Assembly (NCBI GenBank): GCA_004022145.1
Contig: RCNU01000007.1
DNA: 64,000 nucleotides
DNA from: Paecilomyces variotii
Taxonomy: Eukaryota
Reading direction: 5' to 3' (one strand)
Shown here: positions 25,900 to 41,500 of the stretch, piece after piece
Position numbering within the stretch: position 1 is the first letter of the stretch
Layout of the letters: every line of letters starts with the position of its first letter
The notes under the pieces: model-generated
The model's database searches: none
The model's input: the letters and a program-made list of their open reading frames with translations, nothing else
Told to the model about the DNA's origin: nothing
Program-made: the position numbers and the translations under genes

Positions 25900-28800
25900 G
25901 AATTTATCTTATAAGTTTCTAAATAAGCCAGATATAATAGATATTAGATAAAGAATATTAATATTAATATAGTAATAGATAAGCTATTACCTAGCTTAAT
26001 AAATACTCTTAAAGCTAAAGAAAAAGTCTTTAAAAATAATAGCTATTATATACTTATAAAATAGTTAATAAAATAACTTATATAATATTATAGCTATCTA
26101 TCTTATATATAAATACTATCTATACCTGAAGATAGTAATAGTAGCCTAATATTATTTTTATAAGTTATATAGTTAGTATTATATAATATTCTTTCTTAAG
26201 AAAGCATTTAAAAATATTTAAAAGGCTATAATTAGAATATTATCTTTCCTTTATTTTAGCAATAATAGCTTTTTAGTAGAATCTAGACTATATTTATTAA
26301 TAATTACTAATTGCCTATAAATACTATATTAAGCAATAAGCTTATTAAGGATTTTTTTCTATATTATTAAGATTATCTACCCTTATATATTAACCTGAAA
26401 TAAGATATAATAATACCTAAAGAACTATTTACTATCTCTTTTAATATTAATAACATTATTAGATTTATAAATAATTTAGCTATAGCCTATTAAGGACTTT
26501 ATTAGATAATAGTTAAGTTATCTATTAGTAGTCTAAAATAGTTGCTTTATCTTAACTTAATCCTAGTAACCTTTTATAACCTAAAGACTAGTATCTTTTA
26601 CTATATGTATAGTTTAATCTATTAGATTCTATATCTCTCTATAGGCCGATTAAATAGGTTTCTAGATATAAAACTATTTATTATTTTCCCTAACCTTTAT
26701 ACTTTAAATTATAATAATTAGGTTATTTTAAATAGTAAATATAGAATCTAGATAAATAAAATATTTATACTAGCTCTCTATAAAGCTTACCCAGAATTAA
26801 TTATTTAATACTTGCTTACTAGTACAGAATATACCTAACTTTAAGATATAGTATACTTAGTAGAAGGGTATTATTAAAAAACCTAATATTTATATATCTA
26901 ATTATTATACTCTACTCTTTAAAATAATAAGCTATTTAGCTTATAATAATATATTCTTACTAGAATCTATAAAAGATCTTTAATTATATTTAGAAGGCTA
27001 AAGTTATTATTAATAGCTAAGAATCTAAAAATATATATATAAGATAATATTTAGACTAAAGCACTTAATAAATTTTTTAAATTATAGACATATATAATTA
27101 ATTAATAATACCTAGAAAAGAAATACTATAATATTAGGAAAAAAGTTATTATAATTAGCTAAAGCTATAATTTTATTACTAATAATATAGAGATAATAAA
27201 ATATTTATTTACTCTATTATAGCGCTACTATTATTAAAAGAGCTTCTTTATTTAGCTTTAAGAGGTTTTAAATAAGCTTATCTTATATTAAGAAAGTAAC
27301 TGTATAAAATTAGACTATAGTATAATATTTTCTTTTAATATTTAAGAGCAGTATTTAAAGCTATAAATTATAATTTATATTTAATAATAACTATTATCTA
27401 AGAATAATAATAACTATAATAAAGATAATTAACATATAACTACTAATAATAATAATTAGAATAAGACTACTAATAATAATAATAGTTATTATAAAAGATT
27501 TAAACTAAATAATCTTAATTCTAACTTCTTAAGATAATTATTACTAAAAGATAATACCTCTATAATAGTTAAAACATTAAGAAATAATAGAAATAAAAAT
27601 ACAAAGTATAAACTACCCTAGAGGTTAAAATTTTACTATAAGGTACTCTTGCGGGATATAGAAAGTTTAATAATTAAACTCTATCTTTATTCTATCTTAT
27701 AAATTAATAGGCTATACTATTATTAGTTCTATAATTTCTCTAAGAAAGTCTTTATAACAGGTAATTAGTATCTATTTACTAATTATATACTAGATATACT
27801 AGCTCTAGATTATAGCTTAATCTGCATATAGAAATATATTAGCTATACGATTAATTATAATTTTATAGCTTTTCTCTAGGTATATTATTACTTTAAAAAG
27901 TATTATTATATAGTAATTTAATATTACTAAAAGCGCTTATATAGCACTTAAAAAAAATTTTATATTATTAGGACCTTACTTTATACTATTAATTATAAAA
28001 TATAAACAATTAATATAGCTTAAGAATATTTAAAGCTTCTATTACCTATATTAATATTATCTGATTTATTATTATTAAATTATCTACTCCTGTTTTTTAC
28101 CTATTATATAGTTAATATCCTAGGTTTATATTAATAAAATATAAATTGCCTCTATTTAGGGTTTAAATTAGTCTATAATTTATAGCCCTATATATTAATA
28201 TATTAAGAATATAGCCGCGTAATAATAATATTTCTTTTATATCTCCTTTATATATTTAAGGGCTAAGGGAACTATATCTCTTAGTATAATAGTCTTTAGT
28301 TAAATTATTGCATCTAGCCTCTAAGAGAAGGTATAGACTAAGAATAGGTCTATAAGGGCTTAGATATAGAGAAGATACTTAAATATTATAGTTTTATATA
28401 GTTTCTAGATAAATTTAATTAGATAGCTATAATATTCTAACCTCTTTATTAAATAGTTATAACCTCTTTTAATATATCTTTAATAATATTAGTATATTAT
28501 TAGTTCTATAAAGAAGTAAAAGAGATATAATTAAATTATATTATAGTCTATAATATCTTTACCTGCATATTTAAGGTCCGAGTAAATTTTATATACTTAG
28601 CCTTGCTTCTAGATCTATTAGTAGATATATATCTTTAAATATTTAGAAAAAACACCTTTAAGGCAATAAGAAATACTATTAAGTGCCAAGAAATACTAAA
28701 TAATAAAAAAATAGAAGAGGCTTATAATAGCAATATTCTATTAACTCTATATAAATTATATTTATTATCTAAAGATATTAATCTATTAGTATTTATATAT

Positions 28801-29270
28801 ATAGCAACTAACTTAAAGTATAGAATCTATAATATTAAGATTCTATTTAATTTTTTCTAGAGATAAAAAGCTAGTAAAGATAATTAAGAATTAAAGCAAA
28901 AGTATTAAAATAAAAAATTATATTATACCCTCTATAAGTAATATAATACTATAATTATAAAGATCTATAAGCTTAATTAAGCGCGGCAATAGCGGGCAAT
29001 ACTTAAATACCGCTTTATTTATTTATATTAGGTATTGCTATTTCTTAATAGTTAAATATTCTGGCTTAAATACTAGTCTAAAAAGTTAATAATATAAATA
29101 ATTACCTATAAAAATCTATCTAGTTATTATAGGCATCGAAGAGATAAGTAATTTAGAAAAAAAGTTAGAAATACTAAAGCTATAATTAATAATCTATTCC
29201 TTCTAATAATTATACTTTATAATATGCTTTATCTCTTAATAATTAAATAAATACCTAGTAAGTATCTAAT
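25900..29270 (+). pseudogene. Second copy of the RIP-inactivated large ORF
   Basis: Same sequence at offset 20919 (SFD motif at 26437), with independent RIP changes. Confidence 0.7.
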
Positions 29271-32200
29271 AGAACTATAGGTATAATTATTTCTTTTATT
29301 AATTAACCTTAATACTTATCTTAATACTATTAGCAATTCTACTCCTATTAATTTTATCCCTTTTCCTTTTATTAATATATTAAATAGGCTAATTATAAAA
29401 TAGCTCTCTAAAAATACTCTTCCTTAATAATAGTTTAGGTTATTTATAAAAAAGAATTATCTAAGAAACTAGGATAAAATTTATATAAAAATAGGATAGC
29501 TTACTAATAAGTTGTCTAAGATTATAAATAAGCAAAAAGCAGTTATATAGAAGAATATTTATATATTCTATTCTTATATAAATAAAGCTTTATCTTTAAA
29601 AAAATAAAAATAATTGGCTAATAATAATACTACAGATTCTTCTATTATAGATATAGATCTTAAAGAGGATTTTAACCTAAAAAGCCTTAGATAAAGATTA
29701 GCTTATATAATAGCAAAGCAGTAATATTATTATATAAGGTCTTATATAGTTAAGATTATAATAGATTTATATAATAAAAACTTTAATAAGCTAATAGAGT
29801 ATTAAAAGAGTTTTAAATAAATTAAGCAATTTAAAAATAAGTGCGAGCTATATAAGGTATATAAGATATATAAGATAAAGAAATAAAGAGGCAAAGAACT
29901 AAAACAGCAATTTAATAAATTATTAAAATAGATTTATAATAGCTAGAATAAATAGAATAAGATAATTAATAGAGATTTTATAATATTAAAAAGTTCTTAT
30001 AAAAAGAAGTCTTTACTTACTTTTAAATTCTTAAGGAACTTATTATCTATAAAAAGCTTAAGAATTAAATATTAGTTAATATACTTGCTAAAAGATATAG
30101 GTAAAAATACTTATTTTATTATTAGACCCTAGTTAAATAGCTTTATATAATCTAAATATAATCTTATTAAAGATACTCTCTTAGAGATATAATTAAATAG
30201 GAAGAGTAATTATTTCTTATATATATATAATACTATTTCTTATTATTTCTCAATAATATATTAATATTTTAATATTCTGTCTCTGTTACTTCTATTATTG
30301 CATAAGATATTACCTAACTAAAAAAAAGACTAAGTAATAAAAAGATTATAGGAAAAAATACTAATTTTAACAGGATATACTAGAACTATAAATATATTAT
30401 ATAATATAGGTTAAAAACTTTTCCGAGCAGCCTATAATTAGAAAAAATAAACTATCCTATAAGGAAAGAATATTTAACTAGAATACTATCTATTAAACTA
30501 GACTTTTTTACTATATAAATAAAGTAGTATTTTTAGGGCCTAGGTAGCGTTTAAAGAGCTATCTTACTTAAAGCGCTTCTTATCTTCTTATTAATAATAT
30601 CTATATATTCTAGTAGTATCTTATACAATTAAGAGAGGTAGGTTCTAGAATAATATTTTAAAATTATATTAAAACTAATAAAAAGCTTAATAATATCTAA
30701 AATATATTAGTTAGCTTTTTTCTAAATTAGCTTATTATAAACTATTCTTATATAGATTATAAGTTTTTATATATAAGATAGGGGTTTAAAAGACACGCTA
30801 TAACAGGCTATAGGCCGGGAGAAGAGAAACTGCTAAACTATATATAAACTTTATTAAACTATATTTATCCTTACTTAAGACTTATAATATTATTTTTATT
30901 ATAATAAGCGGTAATAACTATAATAGGAGGAGTTATTTTAAAACTAGAGATAGCCGCTTAATTTAATAGTTATATAAAAAAGAAAGTTTACTTTAATATT
31001 TAAGTCCCGCATAGAAATTAGTATTATATTACTTAAGTTTTTAAGGTCTTTAAACTAAGAGGAGGTATAGATATAATAGGGCCAAATAAAAAAAATAAAA
31101 AAGATAAAAAGGATAAAGAGAATAAAAAAAAAAAATTAATAGAGAGAATATAATTGCTAGCAATTTACTAATAAAATAATATTTTAATACTTTCTTAACC
31201 TTAAAGGATTAGTTTTTTTATCCTAATTAGGCAAATAAAGGCATAAGATAAGCCTATTTAATTAAATATATATACACCTAATTATAAAGCGCTTATTAAG
31301 TACTTTAATACTATTAAGATTATCTAGTAATTAAATTAAAATAAGCTAATAAATAATACTAAGCTTAGTTAATAGGCAATAAAGTAGGTCTTAACTCTAA
31401 ATATATTAAGCCTCTATATGCTAATTAAGTTCTTATATAAATACCTAGATACTTACCTAGTAGATATTAGAAAGCTTATTAACTTAGATAATATAGCTAT
31501 AATTAATAGATTACTAGATATATATTTACCTAGATAAGTATATAATCTAATAATAGAAAAAATAAATAAAGAATTAAATACTTAATCTGCGCAAGAAGCT
31601 TAATAGGCAAGAAATAAAATAAGATAACTTAATAGACTCTTATTCCTATATAGTTTAACAGTTTTAAAAAAAATATAATAAAAAGAAATTCTTAAAAAGA
31701 ATATTTTATTTAATAGAGCTATTCCTAGCTATAAGTCTATATATAGACTTAAAGACTTCTGCTAGTTTATTACTATTAAAGTATTTTATAATACTTTCTT
31801 TCTCCTTATCTAAAGATAAAGGCAGTCTCTAAAACTAGCTAAGTATATTTATTATATATAAAATATTATAATTAATAAAGCGAGATAGCTATAATAATTC
31901 TAACTCTAAAAAAGGACTAGCAGAATATTTAAGAGTATTAAAATAATTAGGCGCTAAGGAAACTAAATATAATATATCTCTTAAAAAATATCTATTTCTA
32001 TTAATAAGTCCTCTATAGATTATAAGAGAGAATATTAAACCCCCTAATTAATAGCTATAAACTAAGCAAATATAATATAAATATTTATATCTCTAGTTAT
32101 TATATCTAATTATACTAGTTTAATATACCTATTTAGCTAATAAGAGAAGCTAAAGATTAATAGGTCTGAGATATTTTAATATTTATATTTATAGGAGATA

Positions 32201-35200
32201 TATATAACTATACTAACTTAGCATATATCTTAAGCTAATAAGAAGACCTAAATAATAATAAGTTTAAAAAGTTCTAATTTATAATTTTATCCTAATCTAA
32301 TAATCTAACTATAATAAACTAGACTTTAGTCTTTATGCTATAAAGGAAAGAATAAGAAAAATAGTATTATTATACAGGGGCAAGGAAATAATACTCTTAT
32401 ATAGAGATAGAGGGAAGAGAATAAAATATTAGATTATATAGCTCTTATAAGAGATAAGCTATAAACCTACTATATTTTATTATTATATCCTCTATATAAA
32501 TTAAATAGCAGCTATAATAGGATACTACCTATATTAATCTATATAGAATTAATAAAGATAGGAGAAGAATTATAGATTAGTTTAGTTAAATATTTAGTTT
32601 AGCTCAGAATAGCTGAAGTATTTAGATAAAGTTAAAGAATATAAATAGCTAGTAGATTTTAATGTTAATTAATTCTTTAAGCAATTTAATAATTATTACC
32701 TTTTTATATACTTTCTTAGAATCTTTAATTCTATAATCCTAGATCTTTATAAAAGGTTAGCAGCTTATAAAGGGGAGAAGAAGTAGAGGAATAGGGGGCC
32801 CAAAAAGAACTATATAAATATATATATCTTATATAGACCTTTAAAAAATATTTAAAGAGTATTAAATAGTAAAGTAATTATAGTTTAATCTTATTAATTT
32901 TATAATTTATAAGATTCTATCTATTTTATTAATAAATATATATTCTTTTTAGTATTTAGATATTAAAATATTAATTAGTTTTTATTAATATTCTTATTAT
33001 TTATATCTAAGCCGCTTTACTTAATAAACCGCTCTGCTTAGTAATTAAGCCGCTTTACTTAATAAGCTATTCTGCTTAATAAGCCGCTTTACTTAGTAAG
33101 CTACTCTGCTTAACTAATTATTAAGCGCTAGTAAAATATTTACAATATACTAGCTGTAAAAGTACTTTACTTTTTTTCTACTTTTTTACCTCCCTCTAAT
33201 TAGTCTTTTATTATATAATCTCTTCCTTAAGAGGAAATTTTTAAAGTAAACCGTATATAATACTTTACTGCTTACTTTTTAGGAAGTTAAAATAACTCCT
33301 CTAAAAACCTCTTATTTAGCTTTATATCTATATTGTTTAAATCTAATCCTTTTCTAATCCTTACCCCTACTTTTCTTTATTTATTTATAATATCTTCTGC
33401 TTTAAAATATTACTTATTAACTTATTTACCAGTATAATCGAAGAGGTATTTTAATGCCTCTAAGGGTCTAAGGGCTCTAATAATAGTTACTAGTACTAAT
33501 AGCTAGCTTATTATTTAGTAGCGCGTAATAAAACCTTATAGTTACTCCTAGCCGTAGCGCAGCTAATATAATTTTTTACTAACTAGATTATCCCTTAAGC
33601 TTTCTAGCAATTATTAAATCGGTTTTATTTAACTACCTACTATACTATTAAAAAAGCTTAAATTATCTAGAGATTTAATTAAGTAAGAGGGGAAGATCTT
33701 ACTAGCAATTTATAATTTAAATAAAAATTAAATTCTATCTATATAAAAAGCAGTATTAACTTTTAAAGTTCTTTATTTAACGCTTTAAGTATAACTATAA
33801 GGGCGTTAGTTTTATAATAATATATAAAATAACGCGATTATATTATCTAAATTATAGGAGAAATTATTTATATAATAGATATTATCTATAAATTAATATA
33901 GAGTAAGTCCCTAACCTATTTAAATTTAAGGAGTAATAAGTCTTCTTATAGATTAAGGTAGTAAGGTTTTAATTAGGTAAGAACTAGGCATTTACTTTTA
34001 TTAGGTATTCTATAGCTAAAGAGAGGTAAGCTATAAGAAATTATTAAGTATTGCTAATTAAGCTAAGCAAGATATATAGCTTAATATTTAATTTAAAGAT
34101 TTAGTATATACCTTAGGATAGTAAACTATATAAATACCGCCTTTAAACCCCTTAGCCAAGCGTATTATATATAGGATAATAGGGTAAAACCTATTATATA
34201 ATTTAAACTAGTAGTCTAATAGTATTTACACTAGACCTCCGCCTTTTATATATAGGGAAATAATAATTAGCTTAAACTTATAAGACCTTAACCCTATAAT
34301 TTTAAACTATTTAAAACTAATCCCTAAGTTAGATTATCTTTTTTTATGTCTAGGCATATTATACTATATATAAAACATATAGAAACATATTGATTTAAAG
34401 AAGGGGATAAACTAGAAAAAGAAAAAAAGATAAAATCTGAAGCTAGATTTAAACTAGTAACCTTTTTATTTTAAAATTGCCCTGCGGCTAGTATTACTAT
34501 AGCTAGTATTATTATAGCTAGTACTATTATAGCTAATACTGCTATTATAGCTAGTACTATTAATATAGCTAATACTACTAGCATAGCCGGTATTATTAGC
34601 ATAGCCAGTACTGCTAGTATAACTAGTGCTACTATAGCCGGTACTATTAGCGTAGCTAATACTGCTAGTATAGCTAGTACTACTATAGCTAGTACTACTA
34701 GTATAGGTATAATAGAGTAGAGAAATAAAGGAGCTAATAAAATAAAGAAGCTATATAGGTATAATAGAGCAAAGAAGCTAGCCTTTACCTTTTTAACCTA
34801 ATATAAGGGATAGGGTAATAATATAGAATTAGCTCTATTATAAATTATATATATAAGTTATCTTTAGTAGTAAAGAATATACCTAAGATAGCCTTAAGCA
34901 TAGTATTCTTAAGCATAGAACTATTTAGAGTAGTTTTAGAAGCCTTCTTATAGCTGCGCTTTTAGGGAGTTTAAAAGATTTAAATAGAAACTAAAAGGAG
35001 CAGAGGAGCTAATAAAATAGAGGAATAAATAGAGTAAAAAAGCTAATAAAGCAGAGAAGTAGAGAAGCTAATAATATACCTTAAAGAATATTTAATTGTC
35101 TATATATTGCCTTATATATATTCTATTAATATCCTGGGATTATCTAACTATTATAGCCTATATAGGCTGCTAAAGCCTATTAATTAAAATATTAATTTCT

Positions 35201-36581
35201 ATTACTAAATAATAAATAATATAGGACTAATTTATTTTTTTCTCTAATAAAGCAGAGAAATAGGTTAAGCTATTATTTTTAGAGCTGCTAAAGATATATT
35301 ATTAAAATAAATATTATATTTTTAATAATATAAGAAAGAAAAAAAAAACTAATAAATAAAAGTCTATATAATAAGTAAAAGCTAGTATAATAGGCTAGGG
35401 ATTAAACTAGCCTATTATGCTGAGGAAGAGGAAGAGAAAGAAGAAGAGAAAAAAAAGAAGATAAGGATAGAGATACTCTTTTATACTTAATAAGCAGGGT
35501 ATAAATTCTCTTCCTACTATAAATCTAAGAGGGAAAAAATATAATTACCCTTTAAATAAATATAAATAGGAAAGATTTTAAATAAAAAAAAATATAAAGT
35601 AGGGGTAATAAATAATAGCAGTTACTAATAATAAGAAGAGGCCTAATAGTAATAAGAAGGTAATAAGAGAATATAAAAATATAAAGCTATAATAGAGGAT
35701 AGGAAGGGGGAGAGAAGATAGAGAATTTAGTATAAGGATAGCTAAAATATAGTATTATAATTAATATTCTAAATAAATTAATAAGAAGCCAGAATTTTAA
35801 ATAGAAAAAAATACTCTAAAAATAAGCTTTTATAATAACTAAAAATAATAAGCTCTAATTAGCTTATTTAAATATTAAATAAGCTCTTAATAAAATATTC
35901 TATATCTTGTTAATTATTATTATCTTCTCTATTATTATTTATAGCCTTTAATTCCTCTATATATAATATTATAATATCTAGGATATTAAAAAAAAGGATT
36001 AAAGGGGTAAAAGGGACCGCGCAAATAACTTAAGTATATAAACTATAGGTTAGTATAAGAAGAAGCTATAGAATACTTATTTATATACTAGAACCTTTAA
36101 TAATTTATATTAACTCTCTATAGGTCCCTAGAACTACCTAACCTATATTAAAGTCTTAGGTAATTAAATAGTGCCTTAAATAAGATATTAGAGAGTGTTT
36201 ATATATAGGAGATAGCTATATAGTTTAAACTCTTTATAAACTCTAGATAAGAGAGATTTAATATAGCCCAGTCTAGTATTATACCCTAGGATTTATATAT
36301 ACTAATAATATATACTATTATAATAAAGAACTAAGTCTATTAGCAATTAATATAGTTATAAGTAAACTCTTAATAGAACTAAAAAATAGGGATAATTAAA
36401 TAGCTATTATTATCTTAATAGGGATATAGCCTCTAATTATTATTAAAGCGGACTAAAAAAGCTAGTAATAAATTTTGCTAATAATTATTGTCTTAGACTT
36501 ATATAATATTAAAAAGCGTGCTAAAGGAGCTATTTATTAACTCTTACTTTACTTAGATATTTTTCTTTAATATAATAAAGT

Positions 36582-37510
36582 TTTAGATTACTTAGTTTTA
36601 GATTAATAAATAACTAATTAATATAAATTTCTAACTATTAAATTTTTTATTACTAGACTAAACTAAGTTTTAAATTAATAAATAACTAACTAATATAAAT
36701 TTTTAACTATTAAATTTCTAACTATTAAATTTTTTATTATTAGACTAGACTAAGTTTTAGATTAATAAATAACTAACTAATATAAATTTTTAATTATTAA
36801 ATTTCTAATTACTAAATTTCTTATTATTAGACTAGACTAAGTTTTAGATTAATAAATAACTAACTAATATAAATTTTTAACTACTAAATTTCTAACTATT
36901 AAATTTCTTATTACTAGATTAAATTAAGTTTTAAATTAATAAATAACTAACTAATATAAATTTTTAACTACTAAATTTCTAATTATTAAATTTCTTATTA
37001 CTAAACTAGATTAAGTTTTAAATTAATAAATAACTAATTAACATAAATTTTTAACTACTAAATTTCTAATTACTAAATTTCTTACTACTAGACTAGACTA
37101 AGTTTTAAATTAATAAATAACCGACTAATATAAATTTTTAACTATTGAATTTCTAACTACTAAATTTCCTACTATTAGACTAGACTAAGTTTTAGATTAA
37201 TAAATAACTAATTAATATAAATTTTTAACTACTAAATTTCTAATTATTAAATTTCTTACTATTAGATTAAACTAAGTTTTAAATTAATAAATAACTAACT
37301 AATATAAATTTTCGACTACTAAATTTCTAACTATTAAATTTCTTATTACTAGATTAAACTAAGTTTTAGATTAATAAATAACTAACTAATATAAATTTTT
37401 AACTACTAAATTTCTTATTACTAAATTAGACTAAGTTTTAGATTAATAAATAATTAATTAATATAAATTTTTAACTACTAAATTTCTAACTACTAAATTT
37501 CCTACTAGTA
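36582..37510. repeat. 87-bp tandem array, copy 3
   Basis: Same unit, about one unit longer than in copy 1. Confidence 0.95.
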
Positions 37511-38286
37511 GTATTATAATATTAAATAAGTATTATAATAACTATAAGATAGATTAAAGCTGTAGGAGAAGATAGTAAAGTAAAACTGCTAGTAAAACTA
37601 TTAACCGCCTATTATATTAAGAAGAGATTAAGAAATAAAGGATTTTAAAGATAAAAGCATTTAGATTTCTACCCTAAATTCTTCTTCCTTTTCTTCTCTA
37701 GCTTAAAGTTCTCTATTATACTGCTTTACTAGGTTAAATCTTTAATAAATTTAATTTAGTTTACTCGAGCATAATATTACTTTAAGCTTATTCTACTTAT
37801 TTTATTTTATTTCCTAGGCTTCTTATTTAAGTATATTATGCTGCTTAAAAAGCTTACCTACTATTTAATAAAATACTAGACCTCTGAATTAAGTCTTTGC
37901 TATAATAAAGCCTACTAATAAATCTAATTGCTATTAAGATAATCTTAAAGATAAAGGTAAATAGCCTAAATAAGAACTTATAAAAGATACTTATTATATC
38001 TTATACTACTAGGATAATAGGCTAAAGAATATAATATTAGATAAGTTCTATAAGAAACTAAAAGCAGATCTTATAAAAATCTAGAGAATCTAATATTTTA
38101 TTATTAATTTCCTCTAGAATAAAATTTATAAATTAAAGAATATTAAGCACTTAAATAATTATAATATTAAATGTAAAGATAATAATAATAACCTTGCCCG
38201 CTAGCTTTACTAGGAGAAATATTATATTAAAGATATTAAACAGCGAGTTATAGAATTTATCTATAACTAAAAAGAATATAAGAAGG

Positions 38287-38541
38287 TATTATAGTACCAG
38301 CATAGGAGACAGAGATTTACCGGCTAATGCTTATATAAGGTATTATATGACCTTGTAAAGATATCTTTAACGCATAGCTTAATCTAAATTTAAGCTCTTT
38401 AAGCTATATCTTATTTATTAAGCCTGCCTGCAATAGCCTGTTCTAGTCTAAATTAGCTAAATAAAGATCTTATAGCTAGTCCTAGTATTAATTACCTTAT
38501 TTTATTTATTCTAACCTGCTTCCTAAGCCTATATCTTAATA
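38287..38541 (+). repeat. 5' LTR (255 bp)
   Basis: Direct repeat of 43975-44229. Confidence 0.92.
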
Positions 38542-41500
38542 TTATATAGCTTTTACCCAGGAGTTAATACTGTTAATAATATTTGCCCTAATTCCCCTAT
38601 TTCTGCTAATAACTCTAGAAGAGTTTATTAAATATATTATTATTAGTTATAGGCTAGAATAGTATAATTACTATCGCCTAGTATATAAATATATTAATAA
38701 AGCTAAGACTGCTGCAAATAAGATAAATTATTAAGCTAAGATATATTTTTAAGAGCTTTAGTAAGAATTCGCCGCTATTTAATAGAGATTTAAATAAGAA
38801 ATTACTAAACTTAAGGCTATTTAGTAATATTAAAAAATTTAGCTCTAAGAAAAAGAATAGCAGTATATTTAAGCTATTTTTAAGAGAGATTAGGCCTGCT
38901 ATATAGTTATACTTACTATAAATATATCTCTATTTATATTTAAATCTAAGCCTAATATTAAGAAATCTGCAGCTGCTTTAGTAAAAGTATTTAAGACACC
39001 TATTATTATACCTTCTTCCGCCCCTAAATTTTTAGAGAGATTCTTTAATTTAGATAAGTTTAAAGATAATTAAAAGGACCTTCAGCATTTTATAGCCTAG
39101 ATCTAAGAGAAGATAATAATTAACTAAAACTAATTCTTAACTTTTTAGAGCTATATAGCCTATATAATTAACTGTTTAAAAGATATACCTTATGCCTAAA
39201 TATTGCTATATATTAAAGATAGGACTTATACTCTTAATAACTACTAAAAGATTCTAAATATCTTAAAGTGTATATTTAATAACTCTAATTATATAAATAA
39301 TATATATAGTAAATTATTTAATCTCTATTAGACTAATAAAGAATTTAGAATTTTCTTTACTAAGTTCTAGTATCTAACGCTAGAAGAGGAAATATTTAAA
39401 GAAATATTATCTACCTTATTTAAGTAAGCTATTAGTTAAGAATTCTGAGGAATATTATTATATAATTAGCCCCTAAGTTATAAATATTACTAGTTTATTA
39501 AATTTTTATAAGATCTTAAGAACTATTACTGCTAGTATATTATAAACCAGCCCCCTATTATAAAGACTTATATTACTATTTTAAAATCTGTTTAGTATAT
39601 CTAGTCTTCTTTATTTACTTTAAGTCCTACTCTAGCTGTAAGATATAATAATTAGCCCTAGAGAAGCCCTATATAGAAGAGTAAATTAGCCCTAGTATAA
39701 TTATATAACCTAATAGACCTAAATATTTCTAGACGCCTAAGCAGAAAAGAATATAGCCTATTATATTATAAAACTAGCGCTTGCTTTTAATATAGCTCCT
39801 TAAAATATTATATTAAAAATTACCTATACTTAGATAACTGCTAGAAGATCTAGACTATAGCTATATATAAATCCTATCCCTAGACTCTCCAGGCAATCTA
39901 GTTCTTAGACTTGCGTAGTCTATCCCCTAGCTAATTTTTAGTAAAAGGAATAAGCCTAGAGTAAGTCGCGGCCAGGCTTAAGAATTATATATTATTTAAA
40001 TCTCCACCGCCGCTGTTTATAGAATTAATTTTAAAGAATATCTGTAATAATTAAAATTAATAATACTACCTATAATATTAGAAAAGAAGAAGAAAATCTA
40101 CCTGCTAACTTATGCCCTGCTTAATATTAGAGCTAAAGGATAAGAATTTATAGACTAAGAATAGGCTAAAGACTAGAAGTTAAAGCTTATCCCCCTAAAG
40201 AGCCTAATTATCCTGTATATATTTAATAGAAGAGAACTAGAGAATAGGAAGATTATATATTATATCTAGATAGATATAAGAATTAAAGATTACTTTAAAA
40301 AAGATACTAAGTTCTATATTATCTAATTAGTATATTATCCTATTATTTTAAGACTCCCCTAATTAAAGTATTATAACTTATACTTATAATTTATTGCCTA
40401 TAATATTGCTTTTAATAGTAATTATTATTAAAAGAATTATAATATACCCTTAAAGCTAACTAAAATACTTACCTTATATAATATTCCCTTAAAGACTTTA
40501 TCTTAATACTTGCTCCTAAGATTTAGAAGACTAGAAGAAAGAAATATAGCCTTTATTTCTCTAGCCGCTTATTCTGCCTATACTTAAAGAAATATTTAAA
40601 TATTTATAATTACCCTAGAGGACCTAGATACTATTTTAAGAATTAAATAAGTCTAAGAAAAAGATCTTACTTATCTGCTGCCTAAAAAGTTTAAAAATTA
40701 TATTAATATCTTTTCTCCTAAAGAGATTAAGCGCCTGCTATTATATTATTCTTATAATTATAATATTAAGTTATTAAAGAGGAAGTTGCTCCCCTTTAAA
40801 CCCCTATATATTATATCTTAAAATAAATTAAAGGTTCTAAAGGAATAGATTAAAAAAAACCTAAGAAAGAAATTTATTTACTTAAGCTTATTACCCGCTA
40901 TATCCCTAATTCTATTTATTAAGAAGCCTAATAAAAAGATATAGATCTATATAGATTACTAAGCTCTAAATATAATAACTATTAAAGATTAATATTCTTT
41001 GCCCTTAATTAAGAAGACCCTAAATAACTTAAAAGGAATAAAGTATTTTATAAAGATTAATATTATTTCTATATTTAATAACCTTTATATTAAGAAAGGA
41101 TAAGAATACCTAACTGCCTTCTATACCTAACTTAGCCTATTTAAATTACTAATAATACTATTTAGTTTAATAGGAGTACTAGCAATATTCTAATAGTTTA
41201 TTAATAATATCCTATAAGATTATCTTAATATCTTTTATATTATATATCTTAATAATATCTTAATATATAGTATAACCCGTTCTAAATATATTTAATATAT
41301 CTATATTATCTTATAAAAGCTATATAAAATAGGCCTATATATAAAGATCTAAAAATATAAGTTTATTATTCTTAAGACTAAGTTCTTAAGTATTATTATT
41401 AGCTAAGACTATATTAAGATAGATCTAGATAAGATAAAAATAATTGCTAAATAGAAGACCCCAATCTATATAATTAATATATAAGCCTTTATTAAATTTA

